Of a DNA stretch of 64,000 bases, positions 29,025 to 40,327 are shown piece by piece. The position numbers were made by a program, and so were the translations under genes. The notes under the pieces are model-generated. The model did not search any database and had not been told where the DNA came from. It worked only from the letters and a program-made list of their open reading frames with translations. Numbering within the stretch: the first letter of the stretch is position 1; each line of letters begins with the position of its first letter. Source of the DNA: Salinispira sp. (GTDB lineage Bacteria > Spirochaetota > Spirochaetia > DSM-27196 > Salinispiraceae); contig CBDDDG010000002.1 of the NCBI GenBank assembly GCA_965226555.1, forward strand, positions 1 to 64,000, written 5' to 3'.

Positions 29025-29768
29025 ATGAAATATACGAAAGCGCCAATATCAGAAGTCGTATTTGGAATTACATTTCGTCAACCGATTCCAGATCAATCTG
29101 AAATTCATAAATTCTATGTTTCAGAATTATCAGATACTTATCCAATTTCAGAACTAGCAAATCCGCTTGTACATGTAACGGTTTCACCAGAAGGTGAACT
29201 TCAACCTCAGCTTAATCAGTCTTTAACAGGCCCTGCGTCGTATAACTACCGGACATCGGATCGGAAGTACCTCATTCAAGTTCAACAGAATAAGCTCTAT
29301 TTTAATTGGATCAGAAACGACCATGCGCCTACAGGGGAGTATCCGGGATACTCAACATTACGCGAAAAATTTCAAAAAATAGTAGATACTTTTATTACGT
29401 ATCATAAATTTGACGAAAGCAATATGCAGTACTGCTCCCTATTGTATCAGGATCGTTTCAAACCCGAGGAGAACTTCGGCGAACACCCCTTTTCATTGTT
29501 TAAAAGTACGTTCCCAACCTGTGGAGATACATTACTTAACTTTTCTCACACAACAAATGAGATTATTCGCGAAATTAATTCTTTAACCTTCAGAACAATT
29601 GAAACAATATTCACAGATAATGCAAAATTAATTCGCTTTTCAAACGTCATTCAATCACTTGATACATTGAATATGTCCTACAATAAGTGGTTTGATTCTG
29701 CTCACAAGTTTCAAATAGCATCATTCGAAAATACATTTAGTTCTGAGGTATTATCAACATGGATGTAA
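29025..29768 (+). CDS. TIGR04255-family protein
   Basis: Y.KAPISEVVFGITF start, IQVQQNKLYFNW..YPGY, L.YQDRF, WF..AH and F....W end pattern. Confidence 0.75.
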   Translation: MKYTKAPISEVVFGITFRQPIPDQSEIHKFYVSELSDTYPISELANPLVHVTVSPEGELQPQLNQSLTGPASYNYRTSDRKYLIQVQQNKLYFNWIRNDHAPTGEYPGYSTLREKFQKIVDTFITYHKFDESNMQYCSLLYQDRFKPEENFGEHPFSLFKSTFPTCGDTLLNFSHTTNEIIREINSLTFRTIETIFTDNAKLIRFSNVIQSLDTLNMSYNKWFDSAHKFQIASFENTFSSEVLSTWM

Positions 29769-30277
29769 TGCTCCGAAACAATGACAGAATGCCTAATGAT
29801 CTTGAGCAGATGAGTTCCTTCAGCAATAAGTCTGCTTCAAATTATTTTCAAAAAACGAGAATTGCTATGGAATCCGCATCAGATTTCACACCTGAAAAAC
29901 AGTTCCGACAACTCATTGCAAACCGGCATGCGTATTTGGATTCCTTGAAGAAACTCCCGGACAATTGGATAAATGGCAATTCAAAGGCGCCAACTCATAA
30001 AATCCTCAAAATATGTCATGAAATTCTCAATGAATTAGAGTGTTTTACAATTGCTAATAAATTACTACCCAATGCGAAAATTATTATGTCGCCTTCTCCC
30101 GATGGAAGTTTTGTTTATGAATTTACCGTTTCAAGTAATCAGCTGTTTATTACCGTAGGTGAGCATGAGATTCACCTTGAGCTCTGCAAGAACGATTATT
30201 ACTCAGACCTGCCGGATATAGATCCCCATTCCATTATCCAAATTCAGCAACAATTAGGCATTTTGTTGAATGGGTAA
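29759..30277 (+). CDS. Hypothetical protein (L..L..NW..G...AP / PSPDGS..EF type)
   Basis: Overlaps both neighbours; AT-rich. Confidence 0.7.
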   Translation: MDVMLRNNDRMPNDLEQMSSFSNKSASNYFQKTRIAMESASDFTPEKQFRQLIANRHAYLDSLKKLPDNWINGNSKAPTHKILKICHEILNELECFTIANKLLPNAKIIMSPSPDGSFVYEFTVSSNQLFITVGEHEIHLELCKNDYYSDLPDIDPHSIIQIQQQLGILLNG

Positions 30278-30674
30278 GGGCGACATTATCTCCGATGGAG
30301 AAATTCTATTCCGGTATGTAAACCCAGATGCTTTCCCTTGTGAACAACAAGAGATACCCCTTGGAATTTTTAACGATATGGAACTCTCTTGCGACTGGAA
30401 AAAATATAGACCGGATCCTAACACCTCGTACCATTTGTCTGAGGGAAAGACAAGAATTATTTCAATAACTATTTGTGAGGAAATAAGAAACCCTCGAAAT
30501 CCCAAACGGGCAGGTGAAATAGTAGATGCGTGGAAACAGGATATTATTCATGATCCGGTTACTATGAATGAAGACAAAAAAGATAAGGAGAATCCAGCCC
30601 ATTCCTTAATAAGGGGCAGGAAAAGAGGGGCGGTACAAAAGGCAATAGCGTCACATTCCGCAGTGCTGCAATAA
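30270..30674 (+). CDS. Hypothetical protein, possible ADP-ribosyltransferase-like fold
   Basis: EILFRY, ELSCDW, HDP and NPAHSLI motifs. Confidence 0.6.
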   Translation: MGKGDIISDGEILFRYVNPDAFPCEQQEIPLGIFNDMELSCDWKKYRPDPNTSYHLSEGKTRIISITICEEIRNPRNPKRAGEIVDAWKQDIIHDPVTMNEDKKDKENPAHSLIRGRKRGAVQKAIASHSAVLQ

Positions 30675-30716
30675 CGGTTTTTATCCATTCCATCTGTCCT
30701 CCCATCAATCTCACCC

Positions 30717-31697
30717 CTACCCCCCATCCAACGGAAAGCAGATAACACTATCAATGTTCTTTATGCCGGTGAGGATCATGAGGAGGCGGTCAATGCCGAG
30801 GGCTGTTCCGCTGCAGGGCGGAAGATTGGAGATTTTTTCCGTGTAGGTATTATCGGCAATTGTTGGATACTCGTTTCCATAGTGCTTCGCGCTGTTGTGC
30901 ATGTCCTCCGATTCTTCCTGAAAGAAACGGGTAATTTCGGCGGAATTGGTTTCTTCGGTGAAACAGTTTGCCAGTTCCAGCCCATGCCAGTAGAGTTCCC
31001 ACCGTTCTGTCCAAGGGGTGCCGATCTTGTTTCGGGAGAGGCTGCGGAGCATACGCGGGTAATCGTAAAGAAAAATGGGGTTCTCAGCTCCGAACAATGT
31101 GAGTTCCGGTTCAATGAAGTTCAGAAATATACGGTTAAAAAGTACTTCACGGGTATCATCGGTATTCCATGAAAGTCCGAGCTGTCCGCAGGCCTCCCGC
31201 AGGCGCGCTTCAGTCGGCTCCGTATCGGCGCAGAGATCGGCAAGGTTTAGTCCGGCATATTTCATGAAGGCCTCCGCCATGCTTATGCGGGAAAAGCGGG
31301 GGATCATTCCCAGAAAAGCGCGGGCAAGCGGCGTGAGGAGCTGCTCGGTCAGTTCCATGCTCTGCATGTAGTTATGATCGAGCCAGTAAAATTCCAGCAT
31401 GGTGAATTCAGGATTGTGCGCGGAGCCCTTCGTGTCGTATCGGCGGAAGCTCCTCGCAAATTGGAAGATACTGCCCCAGCCTCTGGCAATGAGCTGTTTC
31501 ATATAGTATTCCGGTGACGGGAGAAGTTGGAGAACGGCGCCCTCCCTGCTTCGGGTTTTGAACAGCGGAATGTGCGATTCGGGGATCGCCGCAGGCGCAA
31601 GGATGGGGGTGGTTACTTCAAGAAAGCCGGCGGCGTTGAGCCTGTTGCGGATGCTCTCGATAATAGACAGATGTTTCCGGTGGAGCTCTTTGTTCAT
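30717..31697 (-). CDS. epmA: EF-P lysine ligase EpmA/GenX
   Basis: Class II LysRS catalytic domain without an anticodon domain: SPEYYMK, HNPEFTMLE, ELANCFTE, GTALGIDRL. Confidence 0.88.
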   Translation of the reverse strand: MNKELHRKHLSIIESIRNRLNAAGFLEVTTPILAPAAIPESHIPLFKTRSREGAVLQLLPSPEYYMKQLIARGWGSIFQFARSFRRYDTKGSAHNPEFTMLEFYWLDHNYMQSMELTEQLLTPLARAFLGMIPRFSRISMAEAFMKYAGLNLADLCADTEPTEARLREACGQLGLSWNTDDTREVLFNRIFLNFIEPELTLFGAENPIFLYDYPRMLRSLSRNKIGTPWTERWELYWHGLELANCFTEETNSAEITRFFQEESEDMHNSAKHYGNEYPTIADNTYTEKISNLPPCSGTALGIDRLLMILTGIKNIDSVICFPLDGG

Positions 31698-31787
31698 TAC
31701 GGCATCAGTTCATTGCAGCGGCGCGAATGTCGGCAGGCACATGGGCGCAGGTATGGGTGCGAATGTGGGCAGGCATATGGGCGCAGG

Positions 31788-32753
31788 TTATTCCCGATCG
31801 GCAAGGTAGCGTTCTGCCTCAAGGGCTGCCATGCAGCCGGAGCCTGCTGCCGTTACTGCCTGCCGGTAGACCTTGTCCTTTACATCGCCGCAGGCAAAAA
31901 CACCGGGAATGGCTGTTGCGCTTGAATCGGGCTGCGCTATCAGATACCCGCTGCCATCTGTCTCAAGCTGCCCCTGAAGAAATGCGGTGTTCGGAACATG
32001 GCCAATGGCAAAAAACAGACCGCTTGCCGGAATTATCTCTTCCTCACCGCTCACATTACTGCAAATCTTTACCTTTCCCAGCACAGGCTGTCCGTTAAGC
32101 TCTTCGGGAATTGCTTCCAGGGCATTGGTATTCCAATGAATGTGTATTTTGGGATTGTGGAGAATGCGCTTCTGCATGGTCTTGCTCGCCCGCAGGACAT
32201 TGCGCCGTACCAGCACATGAACGATACTTCCAAATTTCGTAAGGTAGGTGGATTCTTCACAGGCAGAATCGCCGCCGCCGATAACAACAAGCGGTTTGTC
32301 CCGAAAAATGGGCAGGGCGCCATCGCAGACCGCGCAGGCAGATATGCCCTTCTGCCAGAGTTCCTCTCCGCCGATAATATCGAGCTTCTTTGCCGTTGCT
32401 CCGGTGGCAATGATAATTGTTTCGGCACAATACTCTTCGTCATCGACAATTACCTTCTTCGGTTCAGCGGTAAGATCGACACTGGTCACTGTTTCGGTAA
32501 GAATTCGGGCGCCGTAGCGGACACTCTGCGCGCGCATCGCATCCATAAGATTCGGGCCGGAAATGCTTTCGGGAAATCCGGGGAAATTTTCAACATCGGT
32601 TGTCGTTGTGAGCTGTCCGCCGGCGGCAACTCCCCCCGCCAGAAAGCCCTCAAACATGAGCGGTTCAAGATTCGCGCGCGCCGCGTAGATCGCCGCAGTG
32701 TGTCCTGCCGGACCGCTCCCGATAATTATGACCTTTTCATGTGTATCGCTCAT
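31788..32753 (-). CDS. trxB: Thioredoxin reductase
   Basis: [27 protein letters not shown]. Confidence 0.97.
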   Translation of the reverse strand: MSDTHEKVIIIGSGPAGHTAAIYAARANLEPLMFEGFLAGGVAAGGQLTTTTDVENFPGFPESISGPNLMDAMRAQSVRYGARILTETVTSVDLTAEPKKVIVDDEEYCAETIIIATGATAKKLDIIGGEELWQKGISACAVCDGALPIFRDKPLVVIGGGDSACEESTYLTKFGSIVHVLVRRNVLRASKTMQKRILHNPKIHIHWNTNALEAIPEELNGQPVLGKVKICSNVSGEEEIIPASGLFFAIGHVPNTAFLQGQLETDGSGYLIAQPDSSATAIPGVFACGDVKDKVYRQAVTAAGSGCMAALEAERYLADRE

Positions 32754-33367
32754 GTTTCTCCCCCCACTTCAGCCTGATGAGCAATGATAAAATCAATAAG
32801 CTCATTCAGCTCAACATTGATGCGCTCAGAAGAATCTTCAATATCCGCTCGATTCACCTGCGCGGCAAACCTCTTATCTTTGAGCTTTTTCCTGACCGAC
32901 TGCGCCTTCATGCCACCGTATCCTTCAGGACGCACCAAACTTACCGCATGAATAAAGCCGCTGAGTTCATCGAAGGCGTAGAGCATTTTATCCATATCGT
33001 TCTGCGGCTCAACACCGAAGAAGGCCGGAGAATGAGATGCAATGGCATGGAGAATTTCAGCATCCACTTCCTCTTTCTCAAGATATTCGATAATCCGGCG
33101 GCAATGCTCATTCGGCCATTGATCCCAGTCGGCATCGTGAAGAAGTCCGGAAATCTTCCATTTGAGAACATCTGCGTCTCCAAGACCACGCTTTTCCTTC
33201 GCCCACGCAGCCATAAGACTCCCAACCTGTACACAGTGAAGCCGGAGGCGGGGGTTTTTGACCCACTCTGCAAGAAGGGCCCGCGCCCATTTTTCGGAGG
33301 GAACAGCGCCGTTTTCCGATCTAAAGGTTTGTCTACCAAGATTATGCGATAATTGTTGTTCGTTCAT
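32750..33367 (-). CDS. HD-domain hydrolase
   Basis: [27 protein letters not shown]. Confidence 0.85.
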   Translation of the reverse strand: MNEQQLSHNLGRQTFRSENGAVPSEKWARALLAEWVKNPRLRLHCVQVGSLMAAWAKEKRGLGDADVLKWKISGLLHDADWDQWPNEHCRRIIEYLEKEEVDAEILHAIASHSPAFFGVEPQNDMDKMLYAFDELSGFIHAVSLVRPEGYGGMKAQSVRKKLKDKRFAAQVNRADIEDSSERINVELNELIDFIIAHQAEVGGET

Positions 33368-33425
33368 GTGATGTAGTATACCGGAAATGGAAGTGTTGTG
33401 CCAGCGCCAGCTCCATGCCACGCGC

Positions 33426-34151
33426 TCAGCTTTTCTGCTTCTGCATCTGCTTCTGCTTCTTCCTCGCATTCTTCACAATTTCCCGAACAATATGTCCATG
33501 GGTGTTCAGGGCTCTCCTGCCTTCCGGAGAAAGAGCGTAGCGCCCCCGCGCCGGATGAATAAACCAGCCGTAAACATTACGTGAAAGTATGGTGCCTGTG
33601 CGGGGAGGCAGGCCCTGTTCACGGAGATGAGCCGGAGAACTTTCCCCCAAGTCCGCAAGCATGTGGACAATATACAGGGACTGCTGCTTATACGCGGTAA
33701 TTCTTTCCGTTTTAATCACTTCTCCAGATTTGTTGAATTCAGCGTAGCGGCCGTCAATTTCACGGATAATTGACTGGCGCATGGACGGGCGCTGCCGGGC
33801 ATAGATATCGCCGGGATGCAGGGCAATTTCAACACGGGTTCTGGTCTTGAGAAAGCGCACAAATATCAACCCGAGCCCAAGCCTCCGGAGAAGACGCTTT
33901 ATTGCCGTAAAATCGGCAGGATAGCTCCGCGACTTTCGGAGCGCAACGGCCATGTACACTGCATTACAAACCTCCTGACGCCCCACCGATTGCAGCAAAA
34001 GCCGAAGGCTCAGGCGCAGTTTTGTTTCAACAATTATCATTTCAGCGCCCTTTCGGGCAACAAGATCACAGTTTCGAACCTCGCCGTGCACAGAATACCC
34101 CTGTCCTTCCAGCCATTTTTTTATGGGGTGAAAAAGTTCTGTTTCCTTCAT
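33426..34151 (-). CDS. DUF2161-like putative PD-(D/E)XK protein
   Basis: MKETELF.P.K..LE.QGY.V.GEV..CD..VETK; TAYKQ; NVYGWF. Confidence 0.8.
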   Translation of the reverse strand: MKETELFHPIKKWLEGQGYSVHGEVRNCDLVARKGAEMIIVETKLRLSLRLLLQSVGRQEVCNAVYMAVALRKSRSYPADFTAIKRLLRRLGLGLIFVRFLKTRTRVEIALHPGDIYARQRPSMRQSIIREIDGRYAEFNKSGEVIKTERITAYKQQSLYIVHMLADLGESSPAHLREQGLPPRTGTILSRNVYGWFIHPARGRYALSPEGRRALNTHGHIVREIVKNARKKQKQMQKQKS

Positions 34152-34238
34152 GCTTCTTGTACTCCGACTCCTGTTTATTGTATCATATCGGATTCTGATC
34201 CCCCGGGGAACACGTATGGAGATATTTACATAATCAAC

Positions 34239-34838
34239 ATGGCAAAAAAAAGGAACAAAAAACTGGCAGACAAACAGCCGCCGACCCTCAAAAAAATTAT
34301 TATTCAGACCCTTCTCTTTTTTCTGGCAACATTTCTTGTATACATTCTGATCATCATTTTCTTTCCTGAAGAAATACAACGGCTTGGAAGCTGGGCCATA
34401 GACAATTTCGGGCTGGTCGGTGTCTTTTTATTTATATACACCGTTGATACCTTCATTGTACCCGCCTCCGGCGACCTCATTTTTCCCTTTACCATGGGCT
34501 GGGATCCCATACCGCTCCTACTGACCATCTGTTTGGCTTCAATAATAGGCGGAATAAGCGGTTTTTTCATCGCACGAAAACTCTCACATCTGAAATCCAT
34601 TCAGGGCAGCGTGAAATACTATCGGGAACAGGGAGAATTTCTTATCAAAAAATATGGTATATGGGCAGTTGTCATAGCGGGGCTCACTCCAATACCCTAT
34701 TCCACCGTGAGCTGGATTGCGGGAATAATGGATATGCCCATACAGCAGTATCTTCTTGCCTCTCTCAGCCGCATTCCCCGCTTTGTTGTCGTCTATCTGC
34801 TTATACAGGGAGGGTTTAGCCTCGCCCAAGGCAGTTAG
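34239..34838 (+). CDS. YqaA/DedA (VTT domain) membrane protein
   Basis: KYGIWAVVIAGLTPIPY..SRIPRF. Confidence 0.85.
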   Translation: MAKKRNKKLADKQPPTLKKIIIQTLLFFLATFLVYILIIIFFPEEIQRLGSWAIDNFGLVGVFLFIYTVDTFIVPASGDLIFPFTMGWDPIPLLLTICLASIIGGISGFFIARKLSHLKSIQGSVKYYREQGEFLIKKYGIWAVVIAGLTPIPYSTVSWIAGIMDMPIQQYLLASLSRIPRFVVVYLLIQGGFSLAQGS

Positions 34839-34850
34839 TACAGCGGGCAG

Positions 34851-35573
34851 TTAGAATAGCCGGTAAGGGGTTACGACATCTGTATCGATAACAATGTTCA
34901 CTGTGGTGTATATGAGCCCGCTTTCAGGATATGACCTCGGCATGGAAAGCAGGGCGAGCCTGCCGCGTATAGACCGCGGCTTGTTCAATATGATGGCGCG
35001 GAAATGGCTGCGGAGCGCTTCTTTTACTGCCATTTCAAGGCTCTCCAAGCGGCTACGCAGATTTGCCCGATCGGGGCTGGCTGCCCCTCCGCTGCTGTTC
35101 GGGAAACGCGTGCTTCGCCATCCTTTCAAACGCGCAATTTCATAATCTTTTGTCAGATAACGGAAGGACATCTCAATTCTCCCATCGTTTTCAATATGTC
35201 CGATATATTTCAGACCGCTGTCGCCCCAGGGAATCTGATGAATTGGCTCCAGACTGAATATCTCCTCAACCTGCCGGAGATTATCCGATGGCTGATAATA
35301 AAAATTGAACCCATAGATCATGCCGGAAAACATCCGCCGGCTCAGCTCCAGAAGAATGAGAACGGACTCCTCAGTAGTCATCTCATCCGGAATCTGCTCA
35401 ATGAAGGGGGCATCGTAGGAACTCAGACGGCTCCGCTCAACCCAGAATTCTCCCTGAACCTGCGAAAAATCGGGGTACAGAGCCTCCTGGGCAGCAATTT
35501 CAACACGAAAACCGAGGAGAAGCAACCATGGGAGAAGGCAACGGAAAAATCCATCACGCCATCTCATCAGCAC
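34851..35573 (-). CDS. Exported hypothetical protein
   Basis: Signal peptide; GMIYGFNF.Y.PSD..R.V.E. Confidence 0.7.
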   Translation of the reverse strand: MLMRWRDGFFRCLLPWLLLLGFRVEIAAQEALYPDFSQVQGEFWVERSRLSSYDAPFIEQIPDEMTTEESVLILLELSRRMFSGMIYGFNFYYQPSDNLRQVEEIFSLEPIHQIPWGDSGLKYIGHIENDGRIEMSFRYLTKDYEIARLKGWRSTRFPNSSGGAASPDRANLRSRLESLEMAVKEALRSHFRAIILNKPRSIRGRLALLSMPRSYPESGLIYTTVNIVIDTDVVTPYRLF

Positions 35574-35589
35574 AATCCATCACGCCATC

Positions 35590-36219
35590 TCATCGGCGCC
35601 ATTTATGTAAGGGATTGATCCCAAGGCGGATGATGAAGTACAGAAATGCAAACAACAGGCCGGCAAGATGCGTCATGTGGGCTACCGAACCATTCAGCCC
35701 GGTAATTTGATTGAATATGGCAAATACGGTAAAGATGATCACAAGCGTTACCGAGCGTACGGGAATGAGACCGAGTATAAACACCCGGGCATTCGGGTAG
35801 TAGGTCGCAAAGGCAAGCATAACTCCGTACAAAGCACCGCTCGCGCCCACAAGAAGTATATAGTACTGGCCTGAAGCCACATACACAACATATGAAAATA
35901 CTCCGGCGAGTACACCGGTAATGAGATAAAAGAAAAGAAATTCCCAACTTCCCATTTCCTGCTCGATCTGGCTCCCAAAGATAAAAAGCCCAACCATATT
36001 GAACAAAATGTGACCAGCGCTCGCATGGACAAACATATAACTCAGAAATGTCCAGACAAACCCCTTGTTCACCAGCAGAGGCCGCATGGCAAGGTATGCG
36101 ATGGCATTTTGCGAAATGCTTGTTATGAGAAATACAACAAGGTTTATAATGATGAGAATAACCGTAAAATTATATTGAACATATGAAAACGGTCTCTGAA
36201 TTGTTTGTTTTATGTCCAT
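35590..36219 (-). CDS. Rhomboid intramembrane protease
   Basis: HILFNM, GASG, AHMTHLAG. Confidence 0.93.
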   Translation of the reverse strand: MDIKQTIQRPFSYVQYNFTVILIIINLVVFLITSISQNAIAYLAMRPLLVNKGFVWTFLSYMFVHASAGHILFNMVGLFIFGSQIEQEMGSWEFLFFYLITGVLAGVFSYVVYVASGQYYILLVGASGALYGVMLAFATYYPNARVFILGLIPVRSVTLVIIFTVFAIFNQITGLNGSVAHMTHLAGLLFAFLYFIIRLGINPLHKWRR

Positions 36220-36254
36220 GTATTCACCACAGCTCCCTGAAAGAATTACCGACA

Positions 36255-36438
36255 GAAATTTTTGCATTGATAAAATTTTGCCCGTGGCAAAACTTTCCGA
36301 CAGTAAGAGTAAAGGATAACGAGTTATGGAACATTGGTCAAGAGACGGTTTCAGATATCTGCGAATTCACCTTTTGGTATGGACATTTGTTTCTGAATGA
36401 TTACACTAAAAGAAACTTTCTTTTGCTACTGGAAATTG
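36255..36438. repeat. Two degenerate palindromic-family pieces (36255-36298, 36411-36438)
   Basis: AAAATTTTGCC-CGT-GGCAAAACTTT and CTTTTGCTACTGGAAATTG. Confidence 0.7.
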
Positions 36439-37995
36439 ATGTTTACATTCTTCTGCAATGTCGATATTATGTGCTATACTCTAAGAAAGACTTCAATTGG
36501 AGGTAATGTATGCAGATTGTAAGCATTAACCAAAAAACAAGAAACCTTTCTACGCCCTCTGTGCTGTGGGGTTTTCTTATCATACTGACAGTGCTCATAG
36601 CGGCCTGCCCAATGCCGGAACCGGAACCAATTACGGAACCGGAGCCCATGGACATGGATACATCGCCCTTAATAGGCGTGTGGACCGCGGATGGTTATAC
36701 CATAGAATTCACCGCCACAACGTACATAGACAAGTTTTCGGGTTTGACCTGTGATTACACGGATAACGGAAACTCAATTACGTTCAGTAATTGTATGGGA
36801 TTAGAAGGAGCGGAAAACCTTAATGGGGCAACGGTAGAGTATACCATTGATGGAGATACCTTAACATTTGATGGCACTGCCTATACCCGGCAGAATTCAG
36901 ATGTACCTGAACCAACCGTGCCGGGCACCATGGCTGCTCCAACCTTTGAAGTGGGGAATAAGCAACTAACGGTTAACTGGACTCCGCCGGAAGAAACCGG
37001 CGATAGTGAAATTACCGCGTACCATGTGCAGCACAAACAAAGCAACGGAGAATGGCCAGCGGACGACACCGCCGCTATTACTCCTCCTACCTCACGCTCC
37101 ACCATCATTACAGGGCTGACAAACGGCAACCCCTACGATGTGCGGCTGCGCGCGGTCAATGCGCAGGGTTCGGGGAACTGGTCGGAATCTTCCACAGAAA
37201 CCCCTATTACCGTTTCCTTGGCGCCGACTGCGTTCATGCTCACAGCGGGAAATACGACAATTACCGCAACATGGGCTGCACCGACCGATACTGGCGACAG
37301 CGCCATTATTCGCTATGAACTGCAACATCGCGAAGTTGGAACAAGCACGTGGGAAGCTACTGTTTCTATTGCTGTGTATGCCAACCACACCTACACCCAC
37401 CTCATCCCCAACCTGACAAACGGCACCGAGTACGAGGTGCGGGTCTACGCTGTCAATACAGAGGGCAATGGCAACCCAGCGACTGGCACCGCAACCCCCG
37501 AAATCCCCGCTACCGTTCCCAGCGCTCCGAATGCTCCTACGCTCACAGCCGGAAACACCGAACTTGAGGTAGCATGGACAGCGCCCGATGATGACGGTGG
37601 CAGCGCCATTACCGGGTACAAAGTGCAACACAGAGTAAACACCGCCAGCGAATGGTTAACGTCCGACACAGCGAACATCGACACTATTACTGATGGTACT
37701 GCTACAAGCTCCACCATTACCGGGCTGACAAACGGCAATAGTTACGATGTACGGGTGCGCGCCGTCAACGCTGTGGGTGATGGCGGCTGGTCGGTATCTG
37801 CCACTCTAACCCTTTCTACTGCTCCCGCCGCTCCAACCGGTCTGACGCTCGTACCAGTGCACCAATCTATTACAGCCGCATGGACAGCGCCGAATAACAA
37901 CGGCGGCAGTGCCATTACCGGGTATGACCTGCAGTTTCGCGTATCCGCAGCAGCTCTGGTAGAGGGCGACTGGCAGACCGAAACTACTACTAATA

Positions 37996-39335
37996 GAAAC
38001 CTTTGAATAACTCCATTATATCTGCCGGTAGTCTTTTTTCCACGCAGAAAAAATTATTCATCGTTTTTCACGTTATTCTCTTCAGCATCCTCCGTCTTTT
38101 TTCGGCGCGATACGCGCTATATTCGTTCTTTTTTTCATCTTTTTTCAGTATTTCCCTCATTTCCGGCAGCAGTACCGCCATAAGGGCACAGCTATCCTGT
38201 TGTTATGCCGCAACCGCAGAGTTTTCCGGCGCCATGTTCCCCATTCGCCGTTTCATGCCGATCATCTGTTTCAGATTATACATAATCGCCATACACATAA
38301 ACCGACTCTGATTCCTCTGAACTCCCATATACCGCGCCTTTCTTGCGCCGCAATGGAGTTTGCTCAGCCCAAAAAACCGCTCCACCGTATTCCTTACGCG
38401 CGACCGCCCGTAATTCGCCTGCTTCTGCTCATCGGTTAACGGTGTGTTCCGATACGCCCGCTCATGTATTTGATTCTCTATGCCCATCTCCTCAAGCATC
38501 GCAGCAATCGCTTTACTCCGGTACGCGGCATCCGCGTACACCACCGTCTCATTTCCCATAATCAATTCGCCAAATAGTTTGCTGTCATGAATATTGGCCG
38601 CAGTCACCAGCAGTTTCTTCGCCCGTCCCTTCTCATTTACCGTCACGTGTATCTTGAAACCGTAGGTTGTTCGTACCGTTCCATCGCCTCCCTTCTTACT
38701 CGCGTAGGCCGCTTCAGGATCCTGTGTCGATTCTCCTGCGTCATTTTTTTTCTTCCGATGCCGCGAAGCCTGTATGACACTCGCATCAATTATGCTGACT
38801 GTGCCCCGGTGCACTTCACAATCCTGCGTGTCCAACTGCGCATTCACCGTGTCCAAGAGCGCACTGAGAATATTCTTACGGGTCAGTTGTTCCCGAAACC
38901 GCCATATCGTGGAATGATCGGGAGTATCATCGAGAACATTGAGCCCCACAAAACGCTTGTATGCCAAGTCGCAGGCAAGCGCATTTTCCATGCCTTCATC
39001 GCTGAGATTCTGCCACGATTGCAGCAACAGCACTTTGAACATCATAACCGGATGATATCCTTTCGCGCCCATCGATTTGTTGTTGATAGCACAGAGCATC
39101 TCCCCAATTTCCTTCCAATTGATCAGTTCATACAGGCTATCGAAGCGTTTCAGCGCTTTACTTTCCTGAATACCCTGATTGATCAGCGATCCATGATGTT
39201 CTTTCCAATTATTTCCCATTGTGTTCTCCTGTTTCAGCGCCGGACAGCGCGCAATACAACCCGATTGCTCATTCCCAGCTCTCTGTGTGAATTTTCTTCA
39301 AAATACCATTATTCCCGATGATGTGCAAAGGTTTC
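37996..39335 (-). mobile_element. IS5-family insertion sequence
   Basis: Terminal IR GAAACCTTTG / CAAAGGTTTC around a transposase gene. Confidence 0.88.
38203..39219 (-). CDS. IS5-family transposase
   Basis: PDHSTIWRFR, IIDAS, YGFKIH, YADAAY, RNTVERFF. Confidence 0.93.
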   Translation of the reverse strand: MGNNWKEHHGSLINQGIQESKALKRFDSLYELINWKEIGEMLCAINNKSMGAKGYHPVMMFKVLLLQSWQNLSDEGMENALACDLAYKRFVGLNVLDDTPDHSTIWRFREQLTRKNILSALLDTVNAQLDTQDCEVHRGTVSIIDASVIQASRHRKKKNDAGESTQDPEAAYASKKGGDGTVRTTYGFKIHVTVNEKGRAKKLLVTAANIHDSKLFGELIMGNETVVYADAAYRSKAIAAMLEEMGIENQIHERAYRNTPLTDEQKQANYGRSRVRNTVERFFGLSKLHCGARKARYMGVQRNQSRFMCMAIMYNLKQMIGMKRRMGNMAPENSAVAA

Positions 39336-39826
39336 AAGTAATACAAGCTACCGCATTACGGCATTGAAAGACAGTACCGCGCTGGCAAACGGCACCGCGT
39401 ATAATGTGGAAGTATGGGTTCGCGCACAGAACGCGGCGGGCGATGGCGCGTGGCTGAAATCGACTCCTTCTGCCTCGGTAACTCCTGCTGATGTTGTTCC
39501 CAACAAGCCCGCACCTCCAACACTTACATTAGATAGTACGGGTGGATTTACTATTGCATGGACAGCGCCGACCGACAATGGCGGCAGTGCCATTACCGCG
39601 TATCAACTGCGATTGAGCGTAAATGATGCAGACTGGACTGAAAGTGCTATTTTGAACGTTATCTTGAGCACATATAATGCTTCAAGCAATACTAACTCAG
39701 GCGACACATACGTGATGCAAGTACGTGCCATTAACGCTACGGGTAATAGTGAGTGGTCGGAATCGTCTAATACGCTTACTATTCCATAACTGCACGCTGT
39801 AGACGCCGGCGCGGTACATGAGTGAG

Positions 39827-39910
39827 CGCGCCGGCTGGTCGGAGGCTCGCGCCTCCTGGGCTGGTCGCGCTTCCGCGCTGCTCGCCCGGGCATCCGGCTT
39901 GCCATGCGGC
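39827..39910. repeat. GC-rich hairpin repeat (second family)
   Basis: GGCTGGTCGGAGGC-TCGC-GCCTCC..GCTCGCCCGGGCATCCGG shared with 41505-41700. Confidence 0.8.
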
Positions 39911-40069
39911 TGTTGCTGTGGTGCTGGCAAATTGAATTGAACACAGGAGTTGCAGCGCGAAAACCCGCGTTGCAGCTCCTGTATGTATGCGGGCAGCGCA
40001 AACTGCAAAAATTCTGCAAAATTTTCTCAGTACATCATTCACCATGCGCGCATACCCCGTTTATGTGGT

Positions 40070-40250
40070 ATGAGCGAAAAATATATAGGCATGGTGCACG
40101 ATCAAAGCTGGAAATATGCTTTTGAAAATCCTCAGATATTCCGGGATTTCATCCATTCATACTTCAACAAGGACCTCGCGCGGAGGATTTTCCCCGGGGG
40201 CGTGGAGCGTATCGACACAGAGCATACCAGCCCCCATTCCCGACTCCCCG
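40070..40250 (+). pseudogene. Rpn-like N-terminal stub
   Basis: MSEKYIGMVHDQSWKYAFENPQIFRDF..; near-identical stub at 50746-50921. Confidence 0.75.
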
Positions 40251-40327
40251 AAAAAAATCACAACATTCTTTCAAAAAACATAGTCAAAAATGACATTTTA
40301 CCCGTCACAGATGTAGGAGGAAAATGT

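Larger units (their letters stand above)
36510..39789 (+). pseudogene. Fn3 surface lipoprotein gene interrupted by IS5
   Basis: IAAC lipobox; Fn3 domains on both sides of the IS; the 4th domain is split at 37995/39336. Confidence 0.85.
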
